A stretch of DNA of 62,792 bases, the filler included. It is 4 parts of 4 records of this genome, joined end to end, with 100 filler letters (N's around TTAATTAATTAA, not from the genome) between each part and the next. Parts side by side here need not be neighbours in the genome. Positions count along the whole stretch, not along the records: positions 41,651 to 55,729 come from SRR20825006_2403; positions 55,830 to 62,792 come from SRR20825006_2407; 2 more parts are not named here. One strand, given 5' to 3'. The notes beneath the pieces are model-generated. The model was not told the DNA's origin and ran no database searches. It was given only the letters and a program-made list of their open reading frames with translations. This document shows, piece by piece, positions 49,714 through 58,926 of the stretch (positions within the stretch are counted from its first letter, which is position 1; every line of letters starts with the position of its first letter). The translations under genes were made by a program, and so were the position numbers.

Positions 49714-51462
49714 ATGAACAGAGATGAGATCTTCGGGGAAGTGCGCAGTCTGCTTGGGCGACGCGAGCATGATGTCGCGTGGACAAAACAGTTGCTCGAC
49801 CTCGCGACAAAGGCAAAACGCGAAGACCCCGAGTTCCATGGCGAGCAGCTCGTCCCCTACCTCGAAGGGCAGCGCGTCGACTGGCCGGAGCCCCTGCTCG
49901 AGGTCCACCTGAACGACCTCGAGGACGCTCGCGAAGCGCTCCCGATGGCCACCTTCGAGCTCGATTTACGGGATGTGTTGTTGATCGGCGAGCCCGAGCC
50001 GGATTACCTGCCCTACTTTGACGACGAGCCCCTGAAAGTCAGGAAAAACAACCGCGTGCTGGCCAACGTGAGCAAGCTTCGGCTGGACAGTAGACTTGCC
50101 TTGCAGCCTGCCATTCACGCCCTCTTGCACTCCCCGGATGCCACGGCGCTGCGCGACTTCACGATCATGAACCACGACACGCACCCGCGCTCGATACAGC
50201 ACCTCTCTGAAGAAACGCTCGGCTCGATCTGCGATGCCCCGAGCGCGCCTGACTGGCGCCACCTCACGATCCGACAGTCCAGCCTGTTCTCGGGGCTCTC
50301 CGAGCGTCTTTTCTCCAACTTCCCCGGAGAGTCACTGAGGACGCTGGACCTCTCGAACAACTACGTTCGCCAGGCCTCTCCAGCATCGACGCCGTGGTTG
50401 GGACAGCTGGAAACGCTCGTTCTGCGCGCTTGCGGCATCCAGCCAGAAGGGCTCGAAGGGCTGCTCTCCAAGACAACCTTTGCCAACATGAAGAAACTCG
50501 CGCTCAGCGACAACTTCGCCTCGGGCCAGGGCATCGACGCGCTGAAAGGAGAGGGCAGGTTCCCAGCACTCCGCGAGCTCGAGCTCGGAGGTTGCAAGCT
50601 CGGCCCCACAGAGATCGACACGTTGCTCTCGCTCGACCTCCCCTCGCTCGAGCGCCTCTCGATCGATCGCAATGAGCTCGACGCTGACACGCTCGCGAGG
50701 TTTATCACCTCGCCATTCACACGCCACTTCAAAGGATTCGAGCTCTCGTTCACGAACGCGAACGCGCGAGCCTTCGAACCGCTGCTCGCTCACCCGAACC
50801 TCGACATATTCGAGACCCTCACCATCGCTCTCGCCTCGCCAGCGCGCATGACGCCCCCGATGCACGCGCCACGATATCCACCACCCAGTTCGCCGCCAAA
50901 ACAGGAAGATCTGGAGCTTATCAAGGATATTGTCACGAGCATCGCGCCAGAACAGATGCGCACCCTCGTCCTGACAGGTCTGCCAATCGCTGAAGCGACC
51001 GCGCTGCATATCGCGAAGATGAAGAACCTCGAGCACCTCGACCTGAGCAACGCACGCATCACCCCCGAGACGATCCGCGCGCTCTTCTCGAAGAGCTTCC
51101 CGAACCTCACGTTCGCTAACTTCAGCTCGATCGACATCGATGACGCCTTGATCGAAGCCTTCCTCGATGGCGCCGTGATGGGGAAGCTCGACAGCTTGAT
51201 ACTCTCGCGCAATCGCATCTCGAACCGCGGCGCCGAGCTGCTCGCAGCCGTAGACAAGACCCCGATGTTGCGCACGCTGAGTCTGACCCATAACAACATC
51301 GGCGATGATGGATGCGTCGCCTTTATCGAGTCCGAACCTTTTCGGCGTACGGTCAAGAGCTTCGACATCCTGACCAACCCGTTCGAGAATCAAACAGGCA
51401 CCCGAATGGAGAGGGAGCTGCGACCTCACATGGACGTGACCTGCTTCATGTACATCGGTTGA
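49714..51462 (+). CDS. LRR protein with N-terminal FGEVRSLL domain
   Basis: IFGEVRSLL...LVPYLEG...WPEP; many RI-like LRRs (LRTLSLTHNNIGDDG). Confidence 0.85.
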   Translation: MNRDEIFGEVRSLLGRREHDVAWTKQLLDLATKAKREDPEFHGEQLVPYLEGQRVDWPEPLLEVHLNDLEDAREALPMATFELDLRDVLLIGEPEPDYLPYFDDEPLKVRKNNRVLANVSKLRLDSRLALQPAIHALLHSPDATALRDFTIMNHDTHPRSIQHLSEETLGSICDAPSAPDWRHLTIRQSSLFSGLSERLFSNFPGESLRTLDLSNNYVRQASPASTPWLGQLETLVLRACGIQPEGLEGLLSKTTFANMKKLALSDNFASGQGIDALKGEGRFPALRELELGGCKLGPTEIDTLLSLDLPSLERLSIDRNELDADTLARFITSPFTRHFKGFELSFTNANARAFEPLLAHPNLDIFETLTIALASPARMTPPMHAPRYPPPSSPPKQEDLELIKDIVTSIAPEQMRTLVLTGLPIAEATALHIAKMKNLEHLDLSNARITPETIRALFSKSFPNLTFANFSSIDIDDALIEAFLDGAVMGKLDSLILSRNRISNRGAELLAAVDKTPMLRTLSLTHNNIGDDGCVAFIESEPFRRTVKSFDILTNPFENQTGTRMERELRPHMDVTCFMYIG

Positions 51463-51494
51463 AGAGGCGATGAACCGGCCCCCTCTTCGCTCGC

Positions 51495-51596
51495 GAACCA
51501 CGACGGTGGCCCGCAAAAATGGGGGCGCGGGATTATCGAAGCCAAACAAAGACCTCGCTCGATTCGATAATCCCGCGCCCCCATTTTTGCTCGGCG
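51495..51596 (+). repeat. long-hairpin intergenic element, copy 3
   Basis: Perfect 28-bp arms 51513-51540/51563-51590; flanks GAACCACGACGGTGGCCC(GC)...(GC)TCGGCG. Confidence 0.8.
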
Positions 51597-51718
51597 TCGA
51601 CACATCGCGCGTAAAAATGTGGCATGGATTCTCCTGGTGGGAGCATCGAAACAAGGCTGGTGTTTGCAAAACTCACTGAGACATCTCTTCTGCACCCTCG
51701 ATGACGACGGGAGAAACC

Positions 51719-53392
51719 ATGCCACTCGACAAGCTCTTCGGTGAACTGCGCAGCCTGCTCTCGGGCAAGGTCTTTGACCCGAGCGACCGCGACAAACTCC
51801 TCGATCTCGTACACGAGGCCATCAGGCTGGACCCTCATGGATACGAGCAAAAGTGGCTCCCTTACCTCGAGGGATCGCGCATCGAGTGGCCGGTCCCCTT
51901 CGCCACCCTGCAAGACCCGAAGACCGTCGAAAACTGGTCGACACTGCTCCCCTTTGCCACCTTCGCGCTCGACCTCCAGCACCGGGTTCGCTCCTGGGAA
52001 GACCTGCCATCAGCGGACAACGAACACCCCTTTGGCATCCCACTCGAGCACATCGCCGAGCTGCGCCTCGACAGTATTCGCACTCGCGCGAACACACTCT
52101 CCACGCTCTTTAACTCGCCAGGGATGAGGTATGTGAACGAGCTCTGCTTCGACGCGCTCCAATCTGATCCCAGATGGAATGACGAGCTCCCACCGGAGAA
52201 CCTCGATGCCCTCTGCCGCGGCAAATACCTGCATAACATCGAGCGCCTCACGCTCAGAAAGAACGGGATTCATACGACACAGCTCCCCGCGCTGCTCCGC
52301 TCCCGGGCGATGCAAAACCTGAAGGTGTTGATCCTGGAGCGAAACAACATCGGGAATGCGGGCCTGCGCGATCTGGTCACGAGCCCATGCGCAGAAAAAC
52401 TGCGTGTCCTGGGGTTACGCGGCAACAACATCACCGACCTGAGCCCGTTGAGACAGCAAGCGATATGCACCGAGGTCGAGAGCCTCGAGCTCGGCGGCAA
52501 CCTCTTTGAAGATGCTGGCGCCGAGGCGCTCGCGGCGAGCAAACTGCAAAAGATCGAGACGCTCTCGCTGGCGTACTGTCGCGTCGGAGATCGAGGATTG
52601 AACGCGCTCTGTAACTCGCGAACCTTGCGCCCTCCCAGAACACTCGACCTCTCCTCGAACCGCATCACCCGCGCCGCGCTCACCACGTTCGCGTCTAGCG
52701 ACTGGACCTCCGATCTCGTCCATATCGACATCAGCCACAACGACCTCAGCGAGAGCGGCGTTGGCGCGCTCGTGGGCGCGCCGATGTTGCAGCAGCTCGA
52801 GACGCTCGGGGCCGCGGGGTTAGGGCAGCTCTCGACGCCACTCGACATCACGGTCAGGCTGCTCGGGCAACTCGACCCGAGCAAAATCACCGCCCTGAAC
52901 TTGAGCGGCTCGACCGTTGGAGAGGATGGCGCCAAGCTCATCGCCAGGATGAGCTCGCTGCGAAGCCTCAAGCTCAACGGCACCTACATCACCGAGGAGG
53001 GCGTGCTCGCGCTCGCGAACGCGCCGAACCTCGGCAACCTCGAAGTTCTGGAGCTCCACAAAAACAACATCGGTGACGCTGGCGCAATCGCGCTGGCGAC
53101 CTCGCCGTACCTGACCAACCTTCGCAAACTCAGCCTCTTCAACAATCAAATCGGGGACAGGGGCATGATCGCATTCACGCGCGATGGCTCGCTCCCGAAC
53201 CTCGAGTTTCTGAACATGGTCAGCAACCACATCGGAGAAGACGCCTCCAGAGCAATCCTCGAATCCGAGGCCATCCGCAGACTTCACGAGCTCTACCTGG
53301 TGGCAAACCCACTCGGCAGCGGGCGAGCACGTGAACTCGAGCGCGTGCTCTCGCCGTACATGCGCATTACCTGCATCCAGCGAATCGGCTGA
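51719..53392 (+). CDS. LRR protein with N-terminal FGELRSLL domain (tandem paralog)
   Basis: LFGELRSLL...WLPYLEG...WPVP; LxxLxLxxNxIGDxG repeats; C-terminus similar to the 49714 gene. Confidence 0.88.
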   Translation: MPLDKLFGELRSLLSGKVFDPSDRDKLLDLVHEAIRLDPHGYEQKWLPYLEGSRIEWPVPFATLQDPKTVENWSTLLPFATFALDLQHRVRSWEDLPSADNEHPFGIPLEHIAELRLDSIRTRANTLSTLFNSPGMRYVNELCFDALQSDPRWNDELPPENLDALCRGKYLHNIERLTLRKNGIHTTQLPALLRSRAMQNLKVLILERNNIGNAGLRDLVTSPCAEKLRVLGLRGNNITDLSPLRQQAICTEVESLELGGNLFEDAGAEALAASKLQKIETLSLAYCRVGDRGLNALCNSRTLRPPRTLDLSSNRITRAALTTFASSDWTSDLVHIDISHNDLSESGVGALVGAPMLQQLETLGAAGLGQLSTPLDITVRLLGQLDPSKITALNLSGSTVGEDGAKLIARMSSLRSLKLNGTYITEEGVLALANAPNLGNLEVLELHKNNIGDAGAIALATSPYLTNLRKLSLFNNQIGDRGMIAFTRDGSLPNLEFLNMVSNHIGEDASRAILESEAIRRLHELYLVANPLGSGRARELERVLSPYMRITCIQRIG

Positions 53393-53424
53393 TCTGCGCT
53401 CGAGACGGCAACCTCCAAAAGTAA

Positions 53425-53462
53425 GCGGCGAGAGCGAACTGATGAAGGTTCGCTCTCGCCGC
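53425..53462. terminator. hairpin terminator between convergent genes
   Basis: GCGGCGAGAGCGAAC/GTTCGCTCTCGCCGC 15-bp stem. Confidence 0.75.
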
Positions 53463-53490
53463 ATATTTTCAGCGTTCTTTTTGCAGAGAA

Positions 53491-55587
53491 TCAGAGCTTG
53501 AAGTCTGCGTCTGCCTCGGCCGCTGGCTCTTCCTCATCGAAGGAATCGAGCGACTTCTCTTGCGTCTTGTAGCCCTTCTTCTTGACGCGAACCTTGTACT
53601 TTTTCTTCTTGTCGACGTTGCGGAACCTGTAGTTCCCCGAGGATGTCGAGCGCGTGCTCTGGACGACGTTGCCTTTCTCGTCGACGAGCTCGACCTCGGT
53701 GTTTGCCACGCCCGCCATCTGGTCATCACCGAACTGGAGCTGGCCGCCAACCTCGGCGTATCGAGCGCGTTGCGCCTCGTAGCTGTCGTGCACGAACTCG
53801 AGCTCTTCGCTCTGGCGCTTCTTGCCTCGCTTGTCGAAGAAGGTCAGGCGCGCGATGTACTTCTTGCCGGACTTGCTCTCCTTCCCCTTGGTGTCCTTGC
53901 CATCCCAGAAGAAGGTCATCGCGCCCTGGGTTCCGGCGGACTTCATCGAGCGAAGCTTCTTGTCCGCCTTCGCCACGCCATCGATCTCCTTGGTCGAGTA
54001 AACCTCGAGCTGCACGGAGTTCTCGAGCTTCTTGGGGGCGATGTTTCGCAACGAGATCATCGTGCCACCATCGGTAAAGCTCGAGCCGAGTTGTGTCAGG
54101 TACACATCCCCCGAGTAGACCTCGAAGCGACGAGAGCTGACCTCTCCGCGATCATTGATGGCGCGCACGTCGACGATATGCTTGCCCTCTTCGAGCCCGG
54201 TCGTATCCCAGGTATGACCCATATCATCGCCGCATACCGCGTAGGTGGGGATGTCATCGACGGCGAACTCGATCTTGACGACCTTGGCGCCGGAGTTATC
54301 CCACGCCTCGACGCCAAACATCTGCTTGTCCTCGACGTGCATACCGCGCGTGATCCCGACGACCTTGAGCGAGAGCACATCGAGCGACACCAGCCCGAGC
54401 ACGCCCCACATCGCCTCGGCCTTGCCGAAGCCAGAAGCCGACCAACCGCCGCCCTTCTGCTGCTTCTTCATCAGCCACTCGGTGCCCTTCTGGATCGTCC
54501 TGTCCGAATCACTCATCCCCATCATGCGCAACGTGTAGAGCGTCTGACCGGTCGCGAACGGGTTGGAGTTCCCATCGGAGATCATCGAGTTGAACTTGCC
54601 GGGGAAGATGTTCCACCCCTCCTGCTCACCGCGCGGCTTCGCCGTCTTGGTCGACTCGTTGATGCTAAAGCCCCACCCTCCGTCCTCGTTCTGGAGCTTG
54701 AGCAAGAGCCCACGCAACATCTTCAACGACTCCTCTTCGGTCCCCACGCCTGCGGCGAGCAACCCTAGGATCGCGTAGTTGACCTCCTGGATGTGTTGAG
54801 GCTTGGCCTTGTACCAGCCGTCGATGGTGCGCTGGAGGAAGGCCTCCGACTTCTGCGCCGCGGTCAGCCAGCGAGGATCGGCGGTCCGTGCGTACGATTG
54901 CTGCCACGTCTGGATCGCCTGATATGCACCCTGAACACTACCGACACCGACCGGAGGGTTGATCCAGTCGAGCTTCACCGAGCCATCCTCTTGCTGGTAG
55001 GTCAGGAGCTGCTTGGCGGTCTCGAGCAGGTCTTCTGTGGCGGTCTGATCGACCCACTGATCATGGCGCCCGAGCGCCGCGCCACCGAATGCTTTCGAGG
55101 GCGCCTGCAACGAATCACCGTGCGCGTAACGCAAACCACTGCCCGTGCGCGTGCCGCCAGGGATAGTCGTCAGGCCATCGAGCGCGACCTTGTAGCTCAC
55201 GTCCTTGACCTCGTACTGGTGATGGCGCCCGACGGCAAAGGCCTCGAGCGTGACGGCCTGCACGTGACAACCGAAGCACTTGTGCTGCTCTTGCCAGGCG
55301 GCGGTGTTTGTCGCCAAGAAGTCGAGCCCCTTTTGCGCCGCGAGGCGCGCCTCGGGGTTTGCCTCCTTGCGCTTGCTCGCCTCGCCCTCACCCTTGCACT
55401 CGAGCGTGAAGGGTTTGACCTTCTCGCCACTCTTTGACGTGCTCACCGCCGCGACCTTGGCGGCTTCCTTGCCCTTGGTCACCGCAGGAGGTTTGCCCTC
55501 CTGGCTGATGGCGTTGTTGGCGAGACTGACGGTGATAAGGGCTGCGGCAGCGCCCATGGAAAGAGCTGGGAGCAAACGGGACTTCAT
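53491..55587 (-). CDS. secreted prenyltransferase/squalene-cyclase-like repeat protein with CxxCH, Ig-like, FlgD-like and carboxypeptidase-regulatory-like domains
   Basis: Signal peptide; CFGCH; QxxDGS/QNEDGGWG/QQKGGGW QW-type repeats; WDTTGLEEGKH; FFWDGKD; TSSGNYRFRNV; RBS GAGGAGG. Confidence 0.8.
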   Translation of the reverse strand: MKSRLLPALSMGAAAALITVSLANNAISQEGKPPAVTKGKEAAKVAAVSTSKSGEKVKPFTLECKGEGEASKRKEANPEARLAAQKGLDFLATNTAAWQEQHKCFGCHVQAVTLEAFAVGRHHQYEVKDVSYKVALDGLTTIPGGTRTGSGLRYAHGDSLQAPSKAFGGAALGRHDQWVDQTATEDLLETAKQLLTYQQEDGSVKLDWINPPVGVGSVQGAYQAIQTWQQSYARTADPRWLTAAQKSEAFLQRTIDGWYKAKPQHIQEVNYAILGLLAAGVGTEEESLKMLRGLLLKLQNEDGGWGFSINESTKTAKPRGEQEGWNIFPGKFNSMISDGNSNPFATGQTLYTLRMMGMSDSDRTIQKGTEWLMKKQQKGGGWSASGFGKAEAMWGVLGLVSLDVLSLKVVGITRGMHVEDKQMFGVEAWDNSGAKVVKIEFAVDDIPTYAVCGDDMGHTWDTTGLEEGKHIVDVRAINDRGEVSSRRFEVYSGDVYLTQLGSSFTDGGTMISLRNIAPKKLENSVQLEVYSTKEIDGVAKADKKLRSMKSAGTQGAMTFFWDGKDTKGKESKSGKKYIARLTFFDKRGKKRQSEELEFVHDSYEAQRARYAEVGGQLQFGDDQMAGVANTEVELVDEKGNVVQSTRSTSSGNYRFRNVDKKKKYKVRVKKKGYKTQEKSLDSFDEEEPAAEADADFKL

Positions 55588-55729
55588 GATCAAAACCTCC
55601 TCGAGATGGCACGCACAGTGTGCGGTGAATAGAGGTTTGAACGAGCACGTCCAAGAAAGGATCTGAATTCTTTCAGGAAAATTTCATCTCTCGCAAGAAC
55701 AAGAGTGGCGAGCGGATGCCGCGGCATCC

Positions 55730-55829
55730 NNNNNNNNNNNNNNNNNNNNNNNNNNNNNNNNNNNNNNNNNNNNTTAATTAATTAANNNNNNNNNNNNNNN
55801 NNNNNNNNNNNNNNNNNNNNNNNNNNNNN
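55730..55829. other. artificial contig-joining spacer
   Basis: N44-TTAATTAATTAA-N44. Confidence 0.99.
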
Positions 55830-55837
55830 GGTTGGGT

Positions 55838-55859
55838 GCCAGGTGATAACCTGGCCTAC
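55838..55859 (-). repeat. GTAG-class REP element
   Basis: Minus strand reads GTAG-GCCAGGT-tatc-ACCTGGC. Confidence 0.7.
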
Positions 55860-55892
55860 GAATACGACGGAAACGAAGCGTAGACGGACCAA

Positions 55893-57023
55893 CTAGCCGA
55901 TGGCTCCTCGGTCGCCGGTGGCGGCCAGGGTCAGGTCGGAGGCGTAGCAGTCGACGAGCGTACCGAGGTTGGCACTGCGGTCGATCTCGCGGAACGTTCG
56001 CAGGGTGCGATCAAGTCGCCGGTGGGTGGCAGGATCGTACTCGCCGGAGCTGGCGTCGGATCGCAGTTGCCGACGGTAGTGCTGGACCGCGATCGAGAAA
56101 ACGTCTCGCAGAGCTGCCCGCCGTTTGGGAACGTCCTTGCTGATCGAGTCGAGATGCCCATTGATCAAGCGAACGATCGCGGTTGGATCAGGCACCGGAG
56201 CGGCGAGTTGATTCCATAGAGCTTCGCGAATTTGTTCGCCGCCTCCACGAGCCAACCGAGCGGCGACATGCATGTCACCGGCGGACAACTCGATTGCCGC
56301 ATCGAGAGCATCGTCCGACATCGTCGGCAATGATTCCTCTTCGTGCTGCGATTGATAATGATCGAGTTGTTTTCGCAACAGGGCTCGTCCCGCTTCGCCA
56401 GGTGGCGTTTGAAAACGAAGGACCTGACATCGTGAACGGATGGTGGGAAGTTGGCGTTGCTCGCTGCTGCCAATCAGGATGATCAATGCATTGGCGGGCG
56501 GTTCTTCCAACGTCTTGAGCAAGCAGTTGGCGCCTTCTTCATTGAGGAAGTCGGCGTCATGCAAAATCGCGACTTTGCGCTGAGCCTGCATGGGTCTCAG
56601 GTGCACGTCATGGCAAAACCCTTCTTGCAAACGCGCGTCGACCGGACCGATCAACAGTTCCAATGGGATCAGCGTTTTGTCGTCTGGTTTGCGAACTTGG
56701 ATGAAGTCCGGGTGCGTGCCCACTCGAACTTGAACGCACGACGGACATTCGCCACACGGGGCCATGTCGCGCGCGGTGCTTCGCTCGCACAGCAACGTTT
56801 GCGTGAGCAGAATCGCGGCGGAGGTTTTGCCGACGCCGTTGGGACCGACGAATAGAAGGCTTCCACCGAGGCGACCTTGGTGGATGGCTGCGGTGAGTCC
56901 CGTGATCAAGGCATCGTGCCCGATCAAGTCATTCCAAGATTTCAGAGGTGGCGCATCAACCGCGATTGCTCGCGTGGTTTTCGCGGCTTTGGGAGAAGAC
57001 GTGGAGGCTTTCTTCGCGGCCAC
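55893..57023 (-). CDS. holB: DNA polymerase III subunit delta'
   Basis: GPNGVGKT, CGECPSC, HPD, ANCLLKTLEEPP, LPTIRSRC. Confidence 0.93.
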   Translation of the reverse strand: MAAKKASTSSPKAAKTTRAIAVDAPPLKSWNDLIGHDALITGLTAAIHQGRLGGSLLFVGPNGVGKTSAAILLTQTLLCERSTARDMAPCGECPSCVQVRVGTHPDFIQVRKPDDKTLIPLELLIGPVDARLQEGFCHDVHLRPMQAQRKVAILHDADFLNEEGANCLLKTLEEPPANALIILIGSSEQRQLPTIRSRCQVLRFQTPPGEAGRALLRKQLDHYQSQHEEESLPTMSDDALDAAIELSAGDMHVAARLARGGGEQIREALWNQLAAPVPDPTAIVRLINGHLDSISKDVPKRRAALRDVFSIAVQHYRRQLRSDASSGEYDPATHRRLDRTLRTFREIDRSANLGTLVDCYASDLTLAATGDRGAIG

Positions 57024-57026
57024 GAA

Positions 57027-57500
57027 CTAGACGCCGCGATTGATGTCAGGCGTGTCGATGCTGTCGATTGCCGTGATCTTGTCGACGCGTTGTGCGTGGC
57101 GCCCGCATTCGAAATCGGTGCGAAGCCACATCAGAACCAATTCATCGACGGGGCGTTCACCGATCAAATCACCTGGCAAACACAGCACGTTGACATCGTT
57201 GTGGCGGCGAGACATTTCGACGATGACTTCGTCGTAACATGAAGCCGCGCGGACACCATGGAATTTGTTGGCGACGATTGCCATTCCGATCCCGGTGCCG
57301 CAGATCAGGATCCCGCGATCCAATTTGCCATCGCGAATCTGCTCGGCAACGCGGATGGCGAAATCGGGGTAGTCGACAGGGTCGGTCGAGTCGGTGCCCT
57401 CATCGCATACCTCGAACCCTTCGCGTTGAAGCGTTTGCAAGAGACGTGCTTTGATGTGCACGCCACGGTGGTCGCTCGCCAGGCCTACTTTGATTGTCAT
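57027..57500 (-). CDS. rpiB: ribose-5-phosphate isomerase B
   Basis: ASDHRG, DYPD, ICGTGIGM, RRHND. Confidence 0.96.
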   Translation of the reverse strand: MTIKVGLASDHRGVHIKARLLQTLQREGFEVCDEGTDSTDPVDYPDFAIRVAEQIRDGKLDRGILICGTGIGMAIVANKFHGVRAASCYDEVIVEMSRRHNDVNVLCLPGDLIGERPVDELVLMWLRTDFECGRHAQRVDKITAIDSIDTPDINRGV

Positions 57501-57503
57501 GCC

Positions 57504-58781
57504 TTACTCTGAACCAGCATTGTGCCGCGGTGGTTCGTCATCTGAACCTTCGCTCGGGCCATCGGACGGGAAGAAATCGGGAGGTAGTTCGCTGAGCCAA
57601 CCTTCCAGTTCGCTTACGATTTGATCTGCACATTGTTCATATACGTCGACCGGCATTCCAACCGGATCACTGACATCGCCTCCGTCGCGACGAAGTGTGA
57701 ACACTCTTTCGGCTCGATCCGGCCAAGCCGCCACGATCGCATCTCGGTGACGACGGGTCATGGTGAGTACCAAGTCGGCCATCGACATCAATGAATCTTC
57801 GAGCGGTTGGCTGGCGTGTCCGGTCAGGTCCAACCCACGCCGGCCCATCACTTCGACTGACTGGGGGCTGGCTCCGCTGCCGTGTCCCGCCGCGACTCCA
57901 GCCGAAACGACACGAGCGACATCTTCGCGACCGAATTTACGTCGCAAAGCTTCCCGAAGCAACGTTTCTGCCATGGGGCTACGGCAGGTGTTGCCGGTGC
58001 ACACGAGTGCGATGACTGGTTTGACAAATTGATTCATGGCAGCTTGTTGGATCACTCCTGTTCGCTGGACGTGCCAGTGATTGCCGGTGACGCGGACCAC
58101 CGTTCCTTCATCACCATAACGACTGATACCGTCGTCGAGCAGCAGTGGCAAGGACTCGCCCGTTCCGGCATTCAGCGCCGATTGCAATTTCTCCGCTGTG
58201 GTGGGCGGAGATGCGTCCGGCAATCCGATTTCACCCCAGACCAACGGGGCGGACAGGTAGCGGTGGATGTGGCTGAGCAACCGATGCCCAGAGACTCGAA
58301 AGGCGACCGGACCACCCGCTGGGGACGGGCGTTGCCCAGCCCCCGCTCGCAAGGTTCCCGCAACCGACTCTGGCAAACAGCTCATCGCCGAAACCGTATC
58401 ATCGCAGTCCGCGATCAACGTCAGCGGGCCTGGGAAGCATCGTTCGGACAGTCGTCGGCCCAAAATCGTCATCGGCATCAAAAAGTCGCCCACCGCTTCG
58501 GTGCTGCGGACACACAGTGCGATCGAACCCGCATCGGCCGGGGGAGCCACAAAGCCGGCTTGGCCCGCCGTGGATGCGTCCGATTCAGTCGACCAGCCTC
58601 GGCAAGTCGCTGTCCACTGTGCCAATCGACGCACCGCGGCCGGACACAGTGAGCTGGCCACCAATCCGTAGACTGTTTCGCTGGGAACACCGATGACCTG
58701 ACCTTCGACCAGTGCTTGAACGCTGCGATGAACAATATCGCGTGGATCGTCGGTCGTTTGCAGGTCGTAAATCATGGGCAC
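57504..58781 (-). CDS. Sua5/YrdC-like domain fused to a low-molecular-weight (Arg/Tyr) phosphatase
   Basis: PSETVYGL and FPGPLTL (YrdC fold); CTGNTCRSPMAE P-loop and DVSDPVG; start taken as the GTG at 58781. Confidence 0.9.
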   Translation of the reverse strand: MPMIYDLQTTDDPRDIVHRSVQALVEGQVIGVPSETVYGLVASSLCPAAVRRLAQWTATCRGWSTESDASTAGQAGFVAPPADAGSIALCVRSTEAVGDFLMPMTILGRRLSERCFPGPLTLIADCDDTVSAMSCLPESVAGTLRAGAGQRPSPAGGPVAFRVSGHRLLSHIHRYLSAPLVWGEIGLPDASPPTTAEKLQSALNAGTGESLPLLLDDGISRYGDEGTVVRVTGNHWHVQRTGVIQQAAMNQFVKPVIALVCTGNTCRSPMAETLLREALRRKFGREDVARVVSAGVAAGHGSGASPQSVEVMGRRGLDLTGHASQPLEDSLMSMADLVLTMTRRHRDAIVAAWPDRAERVFTLRRDGGDVSDPVGMPVDVYEQCADQIVSELEGWLSELPPDFFPSDGPSEGSDDEPPRHNAGSE

Positions 58782-58926
58782 TTTGTGAGGTGGGCGATCC
58801 ATCCGACGCGGATGGCCGCTAAACTCAGAAGCAAACGCTAGCGGGACACCATATGCTAGCGATTCGAGCTCATCGATGGCAGCCTGCATGCGACACGGCA
58901 GACGCCACGTTCTCCAGGTAGGCCGC

